This document shows, piece after piece, positions 26,077 to 42,845 of a DNA stretch of 64,000 nt. Source of the stretch: the human T2T-CHM13v2.0 reference genome, Homo sapiens. The notes beneath the pieces were generated by a model. It saw nothing but the letters and a program-made list of their open reading frames with translations, was not told the DNA's origin and did no database searches. Within the stretch, counting starts at the first letter, position 1, and every line of letters begins with the position of its first letter. The translations under genes were made by a program, and so were the position numbers. The stretch is from assembly GCF_009914755.1 (NCBI RefSeq), contig NC_060933.1; one strand, written 5' to 3'.

Positions 26077-26950
26077 TGTGTCCAGAATTGGTTCCTTCCG
26101 GTGGGTTCTTGGTCTCACTGACCTCACGAATGAAGCTGCAGACCCTTGCAGTGAGTGTTACAGTTCTTAAAGATGGTGTGTGCGGAGTTGGTTCCTTCAA
26201 ATGTTTGTGGCCTCGCTGACTTCAGGAGTGAAGCTGCATACCCTTGCAGTGAGTGTTACACAGCTCTTAAAGGTGGCCCATCCAGAGTTGCTCATTCCTC
26301 TTGCTGGGTTCGTGGTCTCGCTGACTTCAGGAGTGAAGCTGCAGACCTTCACAGTGAGTGTTACAGCTCTTAAAGGTGGCACGTCTGGAGTTGTTTGTTC
26401 CTCCGTGTGGGTTCGTGGTCTTTCTGGCTTCAAGAGTGCAGCTGCAGACCTTCATGGTGAGTGTTGCAGCTCATAAAGGTAGTGTTGACCTGAAGAGTGG
26501 GCAGCAAGATTTATTGTGAAGAGCAAAAGAACAAAGCTTCCACATCGTGGAAGGGGACCCCAGCAAGTTGCCCCTGCTGGCTCCGTGGCCTGTTTTTATT
26601 CCCTTATTTGGCCCCACACGCATCCTGCTGATTGGTCCATTTTACAGAGTACTGATTGGTCCGTTTTACAGAGGGCTGATTGGTCCGTTTTTACAGAGTG
26701 CTGATTGGTGCGTTTACAAACCTTTAGCTAGACACAGAGCACTGATTGATGCATTTACAATCCTTTAGCTATACACAAAAGTTCTCCAAGTCCCCTACCC
26801 GATTAGCTAGACACAGAGTGCTGATTGGTGCATTTACAAACCTTTAGCTAGACACAGAGCATTGATTGGTGCATTTACAATCCTTTAGCTAGACAGAAAA
26901 GTTCTCCAAGTCCCCACCCAACCCAGAAGCCCAACCGGCTTCACCTCTCA
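26077..26950 (-). mobile_element. LTR12 (ERV9) solo LTR, 874 bp
   Basis: TG...CA ends, perfect 4-bp TSD GTAG (26073-76 / 26951-54), U5 repeats 'gtgaagctgcagacctt..cagtgagtgttacagctcttaaag', U3 repeats 'ctgattggt'. Confidence 0.96.
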
Positions 26951-27917
26951 GTAGCGTGGCTTTTATGTCACAAGGTCACTGTTTCCTGGAAAAACTCATT
27001 CTGATTTTGTTGATGCTATCATTCAGATATATTTGTGATAGGTAACTCTGAACTTTCATTGTTCTTAATGCTCTTGCCCTGCTGAGCTAAAATAGGGCAG
27101 TGTGCCTTCTGCCCTGCTTCTCAATGAAACTGCAAACGTGGGTTATAAATTGAGACCTATTTATGATGAAGAAAATAGGAGGATGAAAATACAGTGCTTA
27201 TCAACCTGTCACAATAGGAGGAGGCTGGAAAGTAAAGTGTCATTCTCATGCTTTTCTCAGGAAGAAAACTGATTTTCCTTTCAAAAAATGTCAAAAGGAA
27301 AACTTTCAGGCTGTCACTTATGGCCTGTATTTCTAGAACCTGGCCCAATTTGGCTACTGCAAGGCTTTGTGAACACAGCCATCCAGAGGATGCTGTTTAG
27401 AGGGAAGGAGGTAAGATATTACCAGGATAGAATGGTGATACGCAAATGCAGGACCAGAGGACAAGAAAGCAGATATACAGAGAAAACAATTTTGGTTGTC
27501 AAATCATTATGTTAAGTTAACCCATGAATACTTATACTAACTGGAAATACATAGGGCTACTTCTCTGTCTTTGTGTGTCCACACTCCTGCTTGCAGATAC
27601 ATGCACTCATGCATTCTGCCCTAAATTAGATTTCTCTAGAAGGAGGTCCTGTAAGTAGAATCATGTAAAAGAAGTTTATCTGGAAAGTGGTCCTAGAAAT
27701 TACCAGTAGTGGAGTAGGAAGACAAGAAAACCTAATCAAGATATGTTTGTCGGCTGGTCACTGCTGCAGGCAACTCAGACTCTATTTCTGGCAGGGACTC
27801 CATATCTTGCACACCTCTGGACAAAAGTGCAAAACACACATATAATCCTACATGAGGGGCAAAGAAACCAGGACATTTATTTATCGATTTCTATTTATCT
27901 TTGGTTAAAGGCTATCC

Positions 27918-29909
<1,992 letters not shown>

Positions 29910-30255
29910 GTTAAAGGCTATTCTTTGAGACAATAATATCCAGGCCCCTTCATCTTCTGTCCTGCTGGGTTGGAGATACTCTTGCTATTAGAATAATCTT
30001 GAGGAACTGTCTGAGTGTTTTCAGGAGGAAGCAGGCAGTGTTTACTGAATAATGAATGAGAGGAAATATGGGGAAGTTATTGAAAGTTTCTGCTATGCAC
30101 ACCATTGTTCTCAGACTCTATGATATTTACCTGTGATTTTTCCTGAAGTCAATCTTTATTATTCACTTTCACCAAATATCACCTGTGGAAGGGCACTTCA
30201 CACTCCTGTATTGGATAGGGAGGCTTTTCCTCTATATTGCTACTTTCCATTCAAG

Positions 30256-30575
30256 AAGCACTGTCTAATAGAAATGTAAGCCACCAATGCAAGCTATTTA
30301 AGTATTTTTTCCAATAGATTTTTTTAAAAAATAAATACAAAACAGCTAACATTAAAGTAACTTAACACTACATTTTATTTAATCCAACATAACTAAAACA
30401 CTGTTTCAATATGTAATCAATACAGAAATACTAATTAGATATTTTACTTTTTTCCTGCAAAGCCTTTAAAATAGATGTGTATTTTACACTTAACAGCACA
30501 TTTCAGTTCTGACTACTGCATTTCTATTACTCAATAGCCATGTAAGGCTAGTAGCTATCATATTGGACAGTGAAG
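30256..30575. mobile_element. MER33 (hAT-Charlie MITE)
   Basis: 'cactgtctaatagaaat...tttcaatatgtaatcaata...ctcaatagccatgtaaggctagtagctatcatattggacag'. Confidence 0.85.
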
Positions 30576-30719
30576 ACCTGGGTCCATCTCACTCTCCATC
30601 TGAAATATGGGGAACTTATGAGTATCTTAATACTTTGGGGGAATGAAAGATGGCATTCCTGCTGGACATTAAGTGAGAGATGTACTGACAATGTCCATGA
30701 GAATTTGTCATCAGTTTTC

Positions 30720-31409
30720 AAGGTGGCTATATAATAATGCCCAAAATCAGATATACGTGCCCTTTTAGACATCCTCTCTCTTCCAAAACGAAACAAAACA
30801 AGAAAACAACAACCAAACCTGGACTTGGTACTACATAAGGATTCACACACAGCTCCAGGAATGAGTGTTGAGGAAAACCTTACATTCATTGTAATTATGT
30901 TTCCACACTTTGGCAAACTGAGAAGGGAAAATACATGTGTCCTCTCCATGACCTATCTTTCCTATTTACACTCTTGTGTAGTCCCCTCTTATATTGTATC
31001 AGGATTGGTCTGTGTGAACAGAATAAAGCATAAGTAATAGTCATTTCTAAGGTCAGATTGTAAAGAAAAACCTTCTTGCTGTCACTCCCACAGCTCATTC
31101 TAGGGGAAACCAGCTGCCATATTAAGAAATCAGTCCTATGGAAAGGGCCATGGAACAAAGAAGTGACTTCTGCCAACAACCTCATGAGTGAACCTAGAAG
31201 TGGCTCATCTAGTCCTGGTCAAATCTTATGGACTGTGGCTCCAACTGATAGTGTGACTGTAACTTCATAAGAGACGCTGAACCAGACCACCCAATAAGAC
31301 ACTCCCAGATTCCCTACTCTCAAAAGTTGTGTGAAATAATCACCCCCAGTTGTATTAAACTGCTAAGTTTTGGGGTAGTGTGTTACACAGCAATAAATCA
31401 TAAATACAA
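30720..31409 (+). mobile_element. MLT1F-like MaLR LTR
   Basis: 'cttgtgtagtcccctc...ggggaaaccagctgccat...gccaacaacctcatgagtga...ctaagttttggggtagtgtgttacacagcaata'. Confidence 0.8.
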
Positions 31410-32489
31410 CATCCAAGCAATAAATTTCTATGATAAATACATATGAAGAGTAGATCTCTGTTTATAGGCTGAGATTTGTGTTCATTACAGTCCTATTGAA
31501 AGGAATAAACATGAACCCGAGGTTAGAAGATGAGGCCACACTGTGACAGGAAGAGAGAAGAATGTGAAAAACATTATAGAAAGAAAAAATATTTTCCAGA
31601 ATTTCTTTAAACAGAACAAAAATACCAAAAAAAAAAAAAAGACCCACACTTATTTTCATTGTTTCCTAAGCTCTTGTAAATCACAGGGTCAGGATTGATT
31701 TATTACAAGGAAGTTCTAGGTCTAGAAGTCATCCCAGTGTTATCCAGATCATCAGCAATTAAGAGAATAAAAGGAAAATGGGGGAAAAAGTTCTTCCTCA
31801 TAGGGCTGAGGACATATTCTGAGACTATATAGCAGAGTCAACTGAAAGTAGCATTGTAACCCCTGACTAGAATTTCACCTAGTATTAAAGGAGGCTTTGG
31901 TTCTCCCTGGGGCCTACATTCCAGAAATGTCAACTGCAATTCTAAGGAATATTAACTACATTTCTTAGGAAGCCATGCCATTGGACTTAGTGTACAGAAT
32001 GCTTTATGTGAGCTTTATTAATCTTATTAAATAACATGTCTTTGCCATTCATTGATTAGACATACAAATCATTCATCCCCAGAAGGAATTGCAAAGGAAT
32101 CTAAAGTCACTCAAAACCCAGGCTTGTGCTGTCTGTGGTTGTCAAGGTAACAAACGTCTGACAATTCCAAGCTACCAGACCTCGGCAGACTATTTTGAAG
32201 CCACCATAGGTATTAGCCAGCCTTCCACCTTCCACTTCATATAACAGTTTCCAGAGGCATTCTCAGGAGAACTAATCAAGATATTAAGTTTATCCACAGA
32301 CAACTAGAGTGCCAACACCCTGTAGCAAGTTAGAAGAAATAAATAGGATATTCTTTATGTTCAACCTTGGATGCTCAGTTCTTCAGCACTGAACCAGAGC
32401 CCCCTATGCTATCAGTGCTTATTATAGCAGCTGTATTCAGAGGAATAACTAAAAAGAAGTGAACAAAGTCTGGAGATGCTAATTCTACT

Positions 32490-33081
<592 letters not shown>

Positions 33082-33614
33082 AGAATTGGTGTGGCATAAG
33101 GGTTGAACAATCAGCATAGATCCCTTATATCTTAGTACAGGAAAAGGTGCCAGAAGACACTGAAATGCCACGGGTTGGCATTCAGTCTCAGAACTGAAGG
33201 GTCCTGAGGGAACCATGGAGAGGAAAGCAGGATTCTCAAGGGCTCAGGACAGTCTTTTTCTATTTTAATAGGGGGTGTGGTCTTATCACTGCAGGATGGC
33301 TGAATGTAAGCACTGACTGCCTGAACAAATTAATAATCGCAAGACAGAATTCTGACCTTATGAACAAGCATTTTGCTCCAGAATTCCTACCAGAAAAAAA
33401 AATGTGGAAGAATTTGTGCATTCTGTGGGAATATGTATTTAGTTTCTCACACAGAGACTGGTCATATTAGTACTAAGAATATAACACAGCTGAAAAGACA
33501 GCTAGTGGTTTTAGCTACATAACCTCAGATTCCTCAGAGATGAAAAATTCTGTATTGGATACTAGAAACTTATAAATAAGTTGCTTTCATTGTTAGTTTC
33601 TTATGTTGTATGTA

Positions 33615-33918
33615 TTTTTTTTTTTTTATTTACTTTTGAGACAGAATCTCACTCTGTCACCCAGGCTGGAGTGCAGTGGTGCAATCACAGCTCACTGCAG
33701 ACTCGACCTACTGGTTCAAGTGATCCTTCTGCCTCAGCCTCCTGATTAGCTGAGACTACAGGCACACGCCACCACACCCGGAGAATTTTTGGATTTTTCG
33801 TAGAGACAGGGTTTCGCCATGTTGCCCAGGCTGGTTTCACACTCCTGGGCTCAAGTGATCCTCCTGCCTTGGCCTCCCAAAGTGCTGGGATTTTAGGCAG
33901 GAGCCACCCCACCCTTCC
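33615..33918 (-). mobile_element. AluJ
   Basis: AluJ diagnostics (atcacagctcactgcag, ctcctgggctcaagtgatcctcc); degenerate TSD tatgttg...gt.tttt. Confidence 0.93.
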
Positions 33919-34929
33919 CTATGTTGCAAGTGTTTTTAAAGATAACGTCACATGTATTTTTAAAGATAATATTCACTGAAGAATTTTTAAAAAATAAATA
34001 GAATTTGGTCTTTTAAAATGAGTTTCACATTTTGAGAATAAATATATTAGTATACTACTTTGCTCATTCAACAAAAGTCAGGTCACTTTGTCATGATCTT
34101 CTTTGATAAGCAAGTAGTACAATAATGCTGCATTTGAGATAGTTGGCAACTACATGGGAAGAGGAAAAAGAAGGAGAGAATATTCCAAATGTCTGCAGTG
34201 AGATGCACTGAGAAATGTTGTTGAAACTAACCTATACTCTCAGGCAAATGAACACCACTTCTTGGGAAAGTCCATTAGTGGGGCAAAAACTATGAGAATC
34301 TGTGTCAGTGTATTTCCTTAAATGATGCAAACAGAAAGTCCTACATCATTAGTAATATCCTAAAAAACCTTTATTAGATCTAACTTACTATTAAAAATAT
34401 CTTTAAAAACATTTTATATCTGATTATACAGCTGTGAAAGGATAAACAAATAAGCTATAAACAGGTGAAAATAACTTAGAAATACCTTTAAATAAAGTAA
34501 TAAAAACCATACTCGCCCTTTAAATATTTCTGTGCAATTGAATACATTTTAGTGTCCAACATGAAGCATTTCTCTTGCAGGACTTTGCTGGTTACTAGAC
34601 ATTTCGAGCTGACCAAGGGAATAAAAGTAAGCATTATTTCTTCTGGGCCCAGTCGTCTCCATTTAATAGAAACACACCCATTGACAAACAATAGTTAATA
34701 CTATCTTAGGCATTTTGCTAACTGATTTCTAAATTTTTGGTTAAGCCATTATTAATTTTAACATTTGAATTATTTTTTATACAGTGAATCTTATATCATC
34801 TTGTCACTGCTGCTGCTCCTGCCATTGTACCCGAAGAACCTTGGATAGCCATGATTTTAATGGAAAACTGCCTTGGACACTGTGGCTGCTAGCTATTATT
34901 GTCTCTTCTCATTTTCTTTTCCATGCAAC

Positions 34930-35338
34930 TTTGTGGTCCTCTCACAAAAATACAGTTTGTACATACTTGACCTTTGATCTCAGCCACACACTTGCTTCGG
35001 TCAAAGGCATGTGGGCATAGGGACAGTGTGCCAGTTCCAAGTTTAGCTTTTGAGAGGCCTCACTTGCTTCCAATCTGCTTCTCATGCTCCTGTCACTGCC
35101 ATGGAAACAACTTCCTCTGTCTTCATCATGGCCGCCAGACTGAGCACACATGGAGAAGAGCTGCCTTAGCAAATCCAGTCAGCCCCACAGCCATAGTTGA
35201 GCTGCCCAGGCAAATCCAGCCTACATGAGCAGACCCGGCACACTTACAAGTGAGAGAGATGAATTCTTATTGTCAAATGACTCTAAGATTTTGCATTTGC
35301 TTGTTACACAAAATTTCTGGCAATAGTTGACAGATACA
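34930..35338 (+). mobile_element. MLT1H-like MaLR LTR
   Basis: 'gacagtgtgccagttccaag...gagaggcctcac...cacacatggag...ttgttacaca...ggcaatagttgacagataca'. Confidence 0.8.
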
Positions 35339-35414
35339 ATAGAGGTGGCTTTTTTGGAAGGAATTAATTAGAAGTGGTATGGTAGTGATCCAAATGACCT
35401 TATTTTCTTCCTGA

Positions 35415-35774
<360 letters not shown>

Positions 35775-36984
35775 TAATTCAATCTACAAAAGAAAATAAA
35801 AATAATTTTAAAACTATAGATTTAATGTTGTCAACCAAATATATAATAGCTAATTTAACTGATTTTTATTATCGTTTCAGTTTTTTGGGTAACAGAAATA
35901 CTATCACACTATTTTAAAGAGAAATGTCTAGATTTAAAAGGAGAAGACCACTGGAATTCAGTAATTATAGAGGGCTTCAAAACTTACATATTCATATTCT
36001 TCAATTTGATTCTATCAAAATATTTACACATTTTCTTGAGAGAGTGCATTTGGGGGATAAAAAGTAAGTGTAAGTTTCCCTCTCTAAATATTAAATGTAT
36101 CCAGTTTACTACAACAATGCAATGATACACCTTACTAATTCACAAGCCTTATTTGAGAAAATCATGGAAATTTGCTTTGGGTCTAAATATTTTAAATGGT
36201 CCTTCTTTCATATTATATTTTGGGTTACACAAACTGTAGCTTTATATATTACACGCAGATGTAGACATGACTCTCTCTTCTCAGCACAAGCCTGGAAATA
36301 ACGCAACCTGCCAAAAAAAAAAATAATGCTTTGCGTCTCAGTGTAAGTTTCTAAAGAAGAAAAATAGCAGAGCTCTCAAATTTCTTCACTGTAGAAAAAG
36401 GTTAATGCAGTTCCAGACAGAGGTCAATGCATTGATCAGTGTAGCTTCAAATAAGGAGGCAGGTCTTTTCATAGTGTTTACAGTATGTCTCAAAATTATC
36501 AAAACATTGTCCATTTTACCGTGGATTTTTAATTCATTAAGCAAAAATTTCTATTGAAAAATCTTCTGCAGAACAGTAATTGCTGCTAAATAATTCCATG
36601 TGTAGCTACGTAAGATATATTTATTTTAATGGCACCTTAGAACTTTTGTTTTATAAATGCCATATAAAATACGTTAATTTTATTGTTATGATATAAAAAT
36701 GAAGGACTGTGAACACAATCAGTTGGAACTGAAACTTAATAGAAATCTAAGAATTTGTGGGAAGTTAAGACATTTTTCTTCCCCATCTCCCACCTTCTGT
36801 CTTTTAGTGACTCTTAGAATGCCACCATTCTGCTTTTTTGCAACTCAACAAACAAAGGAACCAAACTCTTATCATTAGTTCACATTATTGAAATATCTCT
36901 GGATCAGTACCAATGTCTTTTTTTAAAAAACATGTTTCTACCCATCACTTACTGCCTCTGCTTTCACTAATCACTTTTTCATTA

Positions 36985-37350
36985 ATTTTTCATTCAACAG
37001 CTATTTATTAAACACATATTCTTTTCTAGGCACTGCCTATAAAGCAGTTTATAAAGAAAGACATGGGCTTAGCACTCTTGGAGTTTACAGTATAATAGAG
37101 GAGATAGATGCTAAGTGCATATATATGGAGATAAAGAAATAACTTCAAATAGCAATTAATGCAGTGAAGACAAAGAAATTGGGTTCTCTGAAAAAGAATT
37201 AAAAAATCGAAACTTAAAATTTAGATTGGATGCTCAATCTATAAAGAATTAACATTTAAGCTGAGACCTGAAGTGTACAAAAGAACTGGCCACATGGAGA
37301 CATTTCCAGGCAGTGGAGAAGGTGCATGCAAGAATCCTGTAGCAAGAGAC
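36985..37350 (-). mobile_element. L2 fragment
   Basis: 'cattcaacagctatttatta...ctaggcactg...ggagtttacag...catttaagctgagacctgaag...cattccaggcag'-like. Confidence 0.75.
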
Positions 37351-37639
37351 AGATCTGTGCTATGTCTCTGAAATTTTGGACAGAGTTCCTTCATACCTTC
37401 ATTTGACTTTTAGGTCATGGTACTTTATATTTTTATTTTCTCTTAAGGTGTATGTTCTGTTTTCAAAGCTGCTTAAGGGCAAAGTAATTGTTTAGAGCTA
37501 TTTTTATCATCCACCGTGAAACGACCCTGCTTTCCAGCATCACAAACTAAAATGCCTCCAGAGTTAAGACTGGAGGAAAGTTGATGAAGAATAAGCATTT
37601 TATTCTTAATTGGGAGGAGGAGATTTTTATTTTCTCACT

Positions 37640-37880
37640 GAATCAGTCCAGTTTTCAGTCAGGAAAACAGAAGTCATTCTGTGTATTCTGGGTATATAAT
37701 ACAGCTGCTTTGAACCTCACACCAGCTCAAGATCTACCCAAACATCTATCTCGCCTTTCTGGAGATGTTGCTCTTCTTTCTTCTAACTCTGATTCCGATA
37801 CCTCTCTTTAACAGACCAGAATCTGCATTTCACAGGAAAGTAGGTTCTGGGAAATATAGTTCTCAACTTCTCTTCTTCAG
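37640..37880 (-). mobile_element. old LTR (LTR78/79-like), probable 3' LTR of the ERV-L relic
   Basis: 'cagtcaggaaaacagaagtcattct' and 'ttctgggaaatatagttct' resemble old LTR ends; abuts ERV-L internal sequence. Confidence 0.45.
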
Positions 37881-39998
37881 TGCACCTTTTCCACTTAGCA
37901 TTTATATTTACCTTTGTAGCTGTTTGTAGGCTTCCAGATTGCAGTGATTAAAACAACACTCTGATTCTATCCAGCATGGTGTGATTATGCTTTAATCAAC
38001 CAAAAACATGCCTACCTCTTCTCAAAAATTAGAGATGCAGATTCCATGATGCCTATTATGTATTCTTCTTTGGATAATTTTCTGCTTTTTTTATCTCAGT
38101 AATAATTTCTCTTTGATATCCTTTAATTTAAAGATTAAATTTACAGTATTAATTGCTGTTAACATCTTTAACAAACCTTGTAATAGTATGGGAAAGAGAA
38201 AGTGGGAAAATGGTTGATATAAAAATATGCACATAACCAAATAAGCAAGAAAAATACCCTGTTATTTCCCACCACAATCCCTATTTTTCATGTGGTAACA
38301 TGTCATAATTTCTTCCACTACTGCCCACTCCATGTTCCCTTTGTCCTGAGCTAGTACCTCAATGTATCGGGGTTCTTTATATGGTGACCCAAATAACCAT
38401 TCAAGAAAGATCTGAAGTACAGTCATGCACTGTAGAATGATATTTCTGTCCATGATGGACCACATATGTGAGGGTTGTCCCATAAAATTGTAATACTGTA
38501 TTTTAATGTACCTTTTCTATGATTAGATACATAAATACATACCATTGCTACCATTGCATTACAGTTGCCTACAGTATTAAGTACAGTAGTATGCTGTATA
38601 GGTTTGTAGCCCAAGAGCAATAGGCTATACCATATAGCCTAGGTGTATAGTAGGCTATACCATCTAGGTTTGTATAAGTACATTCTATGATGCTGACACA
38701 ATGACAAAAACACCTAATAATGAATTTCTCAGAATGCATCCCTGTTGTTAAACAATACACGATTGTGTTAGTGTTCTTGCCTAAAATGGGTTTTTGTATT
38801 TAATGTTCTATTAAATGTTATTACTGGACATAACAATACCATGAAGTGTCTTGAGGAAACCTCTGACCTCCACACCATCTCCTCCATGCCTCTGTTTTGT
38901 AGATAATCAGAATCAATTATTCAAGTCAGAATAGTAATCCACTACTTTGCCTATTAGTTTGGTGGCAGAAAAAATTCAATGACCAGGTGGAATTCTCAGC
39001 TTCCAATTCAGTGGAACAATTGTTCTGTCTCCAGATGAAAGCATCATTGTTATTAAGTCCTTTATGCAGGTAGAAACTGAAGGTTTGGGGACAAGAAGCG
39101 AAAATATTGTGACTGAGTTATAAGGGGAAATAAAGAGAGAAGCCACTTCCAGTTCCACACCTTTGTTCCAGATCCTGTGTATTCTGACAGTGGGAAAAAT
39201 GTCACCATTTAAACATTAGTCAGAAGTTGAGAAAGTATGCCTCATCTTGTAGCAGAATACTTCATCTCAGGTGGTTACTCAGGTATTGCCATAACTAAAC
39301 CTTCAATACACTGTCTTGCCTGCTTCCACTAGGCCACTGTTTTAGATGTGATAAAGTCAGTGAATGAATTCCAGCGGTGTAAGTGCATTATCTTATTTCT
39401 TTTGTTGTTAAATGAGTACATTGTTCAAAAGCAGTGTTTTGTGGAATACCTTGATTGTAACAAAGCATTCAGTAAATGCTGGTAGTGGCATTTGAGACAG
39501 AGAAGGCTAATCTACATACAGAATAAGAATCCATTCCAGTAAGGACAAATTGCTGCTATGTCCGTGATTGAAGAGGTCCAATGTAATTGACTTGTTCTCA
39601 TGTGGTTGGTCCTTAACTGCCATGGGGATTAAATCTATATCAGGAGTCTAGTCTTGGTTTCTGCTATTGGCAGGTGGGCAATGCAACTGTAGTGGTAGCT
39701 AGAAAATTCGTATCAAGGTAAGTTTGTTATGAAAAAAAACTCCATCCCTGCCATCACAGTCACTTTGTGCATGAATGCATTAAACATACACAAGCTGGAC
39801 GTTTTTTTCCACATTGACAGAGAACGTTTTGTGGAAAAAATTCACGTAAGAGACAGGTATCTTTATTCTCGCTTCCCCTGACAGGTACATTGACATCTGT
39901 CTTCACCAGTATTCAAATTATGTTTCTTTAAAATGCATACTATTGCCCATAAATAAAAAAATAAATGAAGTTTATTTTTGTGACTTCAGGTTGGTCTT
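37880..39998 (-). pseudogene. degenerate ERV-L internal region: integrase, dUTPase and 3' region
   Basis: Minus 39500-39594 translates QVNYIGPLQSRT*QQFVLTGMDSYSVCRLAF (ERV-L integrase, recalled QVDYIGPLP..GQ.FVLTGIDTYSGYGFAF); ORF 38976-39158 ends GDRTIVPLNWKLRIPPGH (ERV-L dUTPase). Confidence 0.85.
38420..38765. mobile_element. Tigger3a (Golem) MITE nested in ERV-L
   Basis: 'ta|cagtcatgc...ggaccacatatg...gagcaataggctataccatatagcctaggtg...tttctcagaatgcatccctgttgttaa...gattg', ~346 bp. Confidence 0.9.
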
Positions 39999-42215
39999 TC
40001 TTCTTCCTTATTCTTTTTTAAAATTAATTATCTTTCCCAGCTTTATTAAGGTAAATTTAACAAATAAAAATTGCCTATATTTATGGTGCACAGTGTGATG
40101 TTTTGATATATGTATACATTGTGAAATGAAATGATAAAGAAAAAATAATATATCTATCACCTAAGACTTATAAATTTGTTATAGTGAGAATATTTAAGGT
40201 CTACTCTCTTGATAATTTCAAGAATGTAGTAACTGTAGTCATCATGGGTACAATAGCTCTCCAGAACTTACTGCTTTTAATTGAAACTTTTTATCTTTTG
40301 ACCAACATCTCCCCAGTACCCTTGTAACCCCCATTAGACTCTCAGTTTATATAAGGTCAATTTTTTAAAATTCCATGTATAAGTGAGATCATGCGGTATT
40401 GATCTTTCTGTGCACATCTTAGCATAATGTCCTCCAGGTTTACTCATGTTGTCCTAGATGACAGGATTTCCATCTTTTTTTTAGGCCTTAATGGCATCCC
40501 ATTGTGTTTTTTTAATTTTTAATTTTTGTGGGTACACCGTCAGTATATATATTTATGGGGTACATGAGATATTTTGGTATAGACATTCAATGCCTAATAA
40601 TCACATCATAGAAAATTGGGTATCCATCCCCTCAAGCATTTATTTTTGTGTTACAAGCAACCCAATTATACATTTTTTAGCATTTTAAAATGTACAATTA
40701 AATTATTATTGGCTACAGTCTCCCTATTGTACTGTCAAATACTAGGTGCTGTTCATTCCTTTTTTTTTAAATACCAAATAACCATCTCCACCTTCCCCTC
40801 CTCAGTCCTTCTACTACCCTTCCCAGCTCTGTTAACTATCCTTCCATTCCCTGTCTCCATGAGTTCAATTATTTTGCTTTTCAGACACCACAAATAAGTG
40901 AGAACATGTAATGTTATGTCTTTCTGTGCATGGCTTACTTAATTTAACATAATGACCTCCAGTTCCATCCATGTTGTTGCAAATGAGAGAATTTCATTCT
41001 TTTTTATGGCTGACTAGTATTCCATTGTGTATATATACCACATTTTCTATATCCATTCATCTGTTCATGAACATTTAGATTGCTCCCAAATCTTGGTTAT
41101 TACAAATAGTGCTGCAACAAACATGGGAATGCAGATATCTCTTTGAAATACCGATTTCCTTTTTTATCGGTATATACCCAGCAGTGGGATTGCTGGATCA
41201 CAGGGTAGCTCTATTTTTAGATTTTTGAGGAACCTCCAAATTGTTCTCCCTGGTGGTTATAGTGTACAATGGTTTCCTTTTCTCCACATCCTCGTCAGCA
41301 TTTGTTATTGCCTGTCTTTTGGATATAAAACATTTTAACTGGGGTGAGATGATATCTCATTGTAGTTTTGATTTGCATTTCTCTGAGTTTCAGTGATGTT
41401 GAGCATCTTTTCATATGCCTGTCTGCCTCTATTCTTTTGAAAAACATCGATGCAAACATTTTGTCTATTTTTTGAATCGGATTATTAGTTTTTTTCTATA
41501 GAGTTGTTTGAGCTCCTTATATACTTTAGTTATTAACCCCTTGTCAAATGAAAAGTTTGCAAATATTTTTCTCCCATTGTGTGTGTTGTCTCTTCAATGA
41601 TAATTGTTTCCTTTGCCGTGCAGAAGCTTTTTAACCAGGTGTGATCTTATTTCTCAGTTTTTGCTTTGGTTGCTTGTGCTTGTGGGGTATTACTTAAGAC
41701 ATTTTTTTTTTTCCCAGATCAACGTTCTGGAGAGTTTCCACACTGTTTTCTTGCAGTAGTTTCATAGTTGGAGGTATGAGATTTAAGTCTTTAATCCATT
41801 TTGATATTTTTGTGTGTGTATGGTGAGAGACAAGAATCTAGTTTCATTCTTCTGCATACGGGATATCCAGTTTTTCCAGAACCATTTATTGAAGATACTG
41901 TTTTCTCCTCATTGTATGTTCTTGGCATTTTTGTCAAAAATGAGTTCGCTGTAGGTGTGTGTGAATTTGTTTTTTTATTTCAATTTCATTTATCTCTTCT
42001 CTGATTCTTACTTATATTCTTCTTCTGATTTTAAGTTTTATTTGCTCTTTCTTTTCTAGTTCTTTAATATGCATCACTAGGTTATTTATTTGAAGATTTT
42101 CTTTTTTTCAATAAGGGTACTTATAGCTGTAAACTTTTCTTAGTGCTGCTTTCACTGTATCTCATAGGTTTCGGTATGTTGTGTTTTCAGTTTCATTTAT
42201 TTCAAGAAATTTTCC

Positions 42216-42845
42216 TTTTTTAGATAAGAAATACTGTATTTGTTTCCTTCTTTATTTTAACTTTTATTTTAAGTTTGGGGATACAAGTGTAGGTTTGTTA
42301 CACAGGTAAACTTGTGTCATAGAGGTTTGTTATACAGATTATCTCATCATCCAAGTATTAAGCCTAATACGCATTACTTATTTTTCTTAATGCTCTCCCC
42401 CTTCCCATCTTTTGTCCTTCAAAAGGCCCCAACGTGTGTTGGTCCCCTCTATGTGGATCTTTTAGCTCCCACTTATAGGTGAAAATATGTGGTATTTGGT
42501 TTTCTGTTCCTGGGTTCGTTTGCTAAGGATAATGAATGGACTTCGGCTCCATCCATGTCTTTGCAAAGGATATTGTCTTGTTCTTCTTTATGGCTGCATA
42601 GTATTCCATGGTGTATATGTACCACATTTTCTTTATTTATCCAGTCTATCATTGATGAGAATTTAGGCTGATTCTATGTCTTCGCTATTGTGCATTCTGC
42701 TGCGTGAAAATATGCTTGCATGTGTCTAAATACCATGCAACCCAGCAATCCCATTACTGGGTATATACCCAAAGAAATATAAATCATTCTACTATAAAGA
42801 CACATTCACACTATGTTCACTGCAGCATTATTCACGATAGCAAAG
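42216..42845 (-). mobile_element. short L1PA13-16-like insertion with 5' inversion
   Basis: 42251-42726 is L1PA 3' end on minus; 42727-42845 is the adjacent upstream L1 segment on plus ('cccagcaatcccattactgggtatatacccaaag'). Confidence 0.88.

Noticed and set aside
26130-26900. Regularly spaced repeats resembling a CRISPR-like array
   Set aside because: They are the intrinsic U5 and U3 tandem repeats of LTR12; the sequence is eukaryotic and there are no unique spacers or cas genes.
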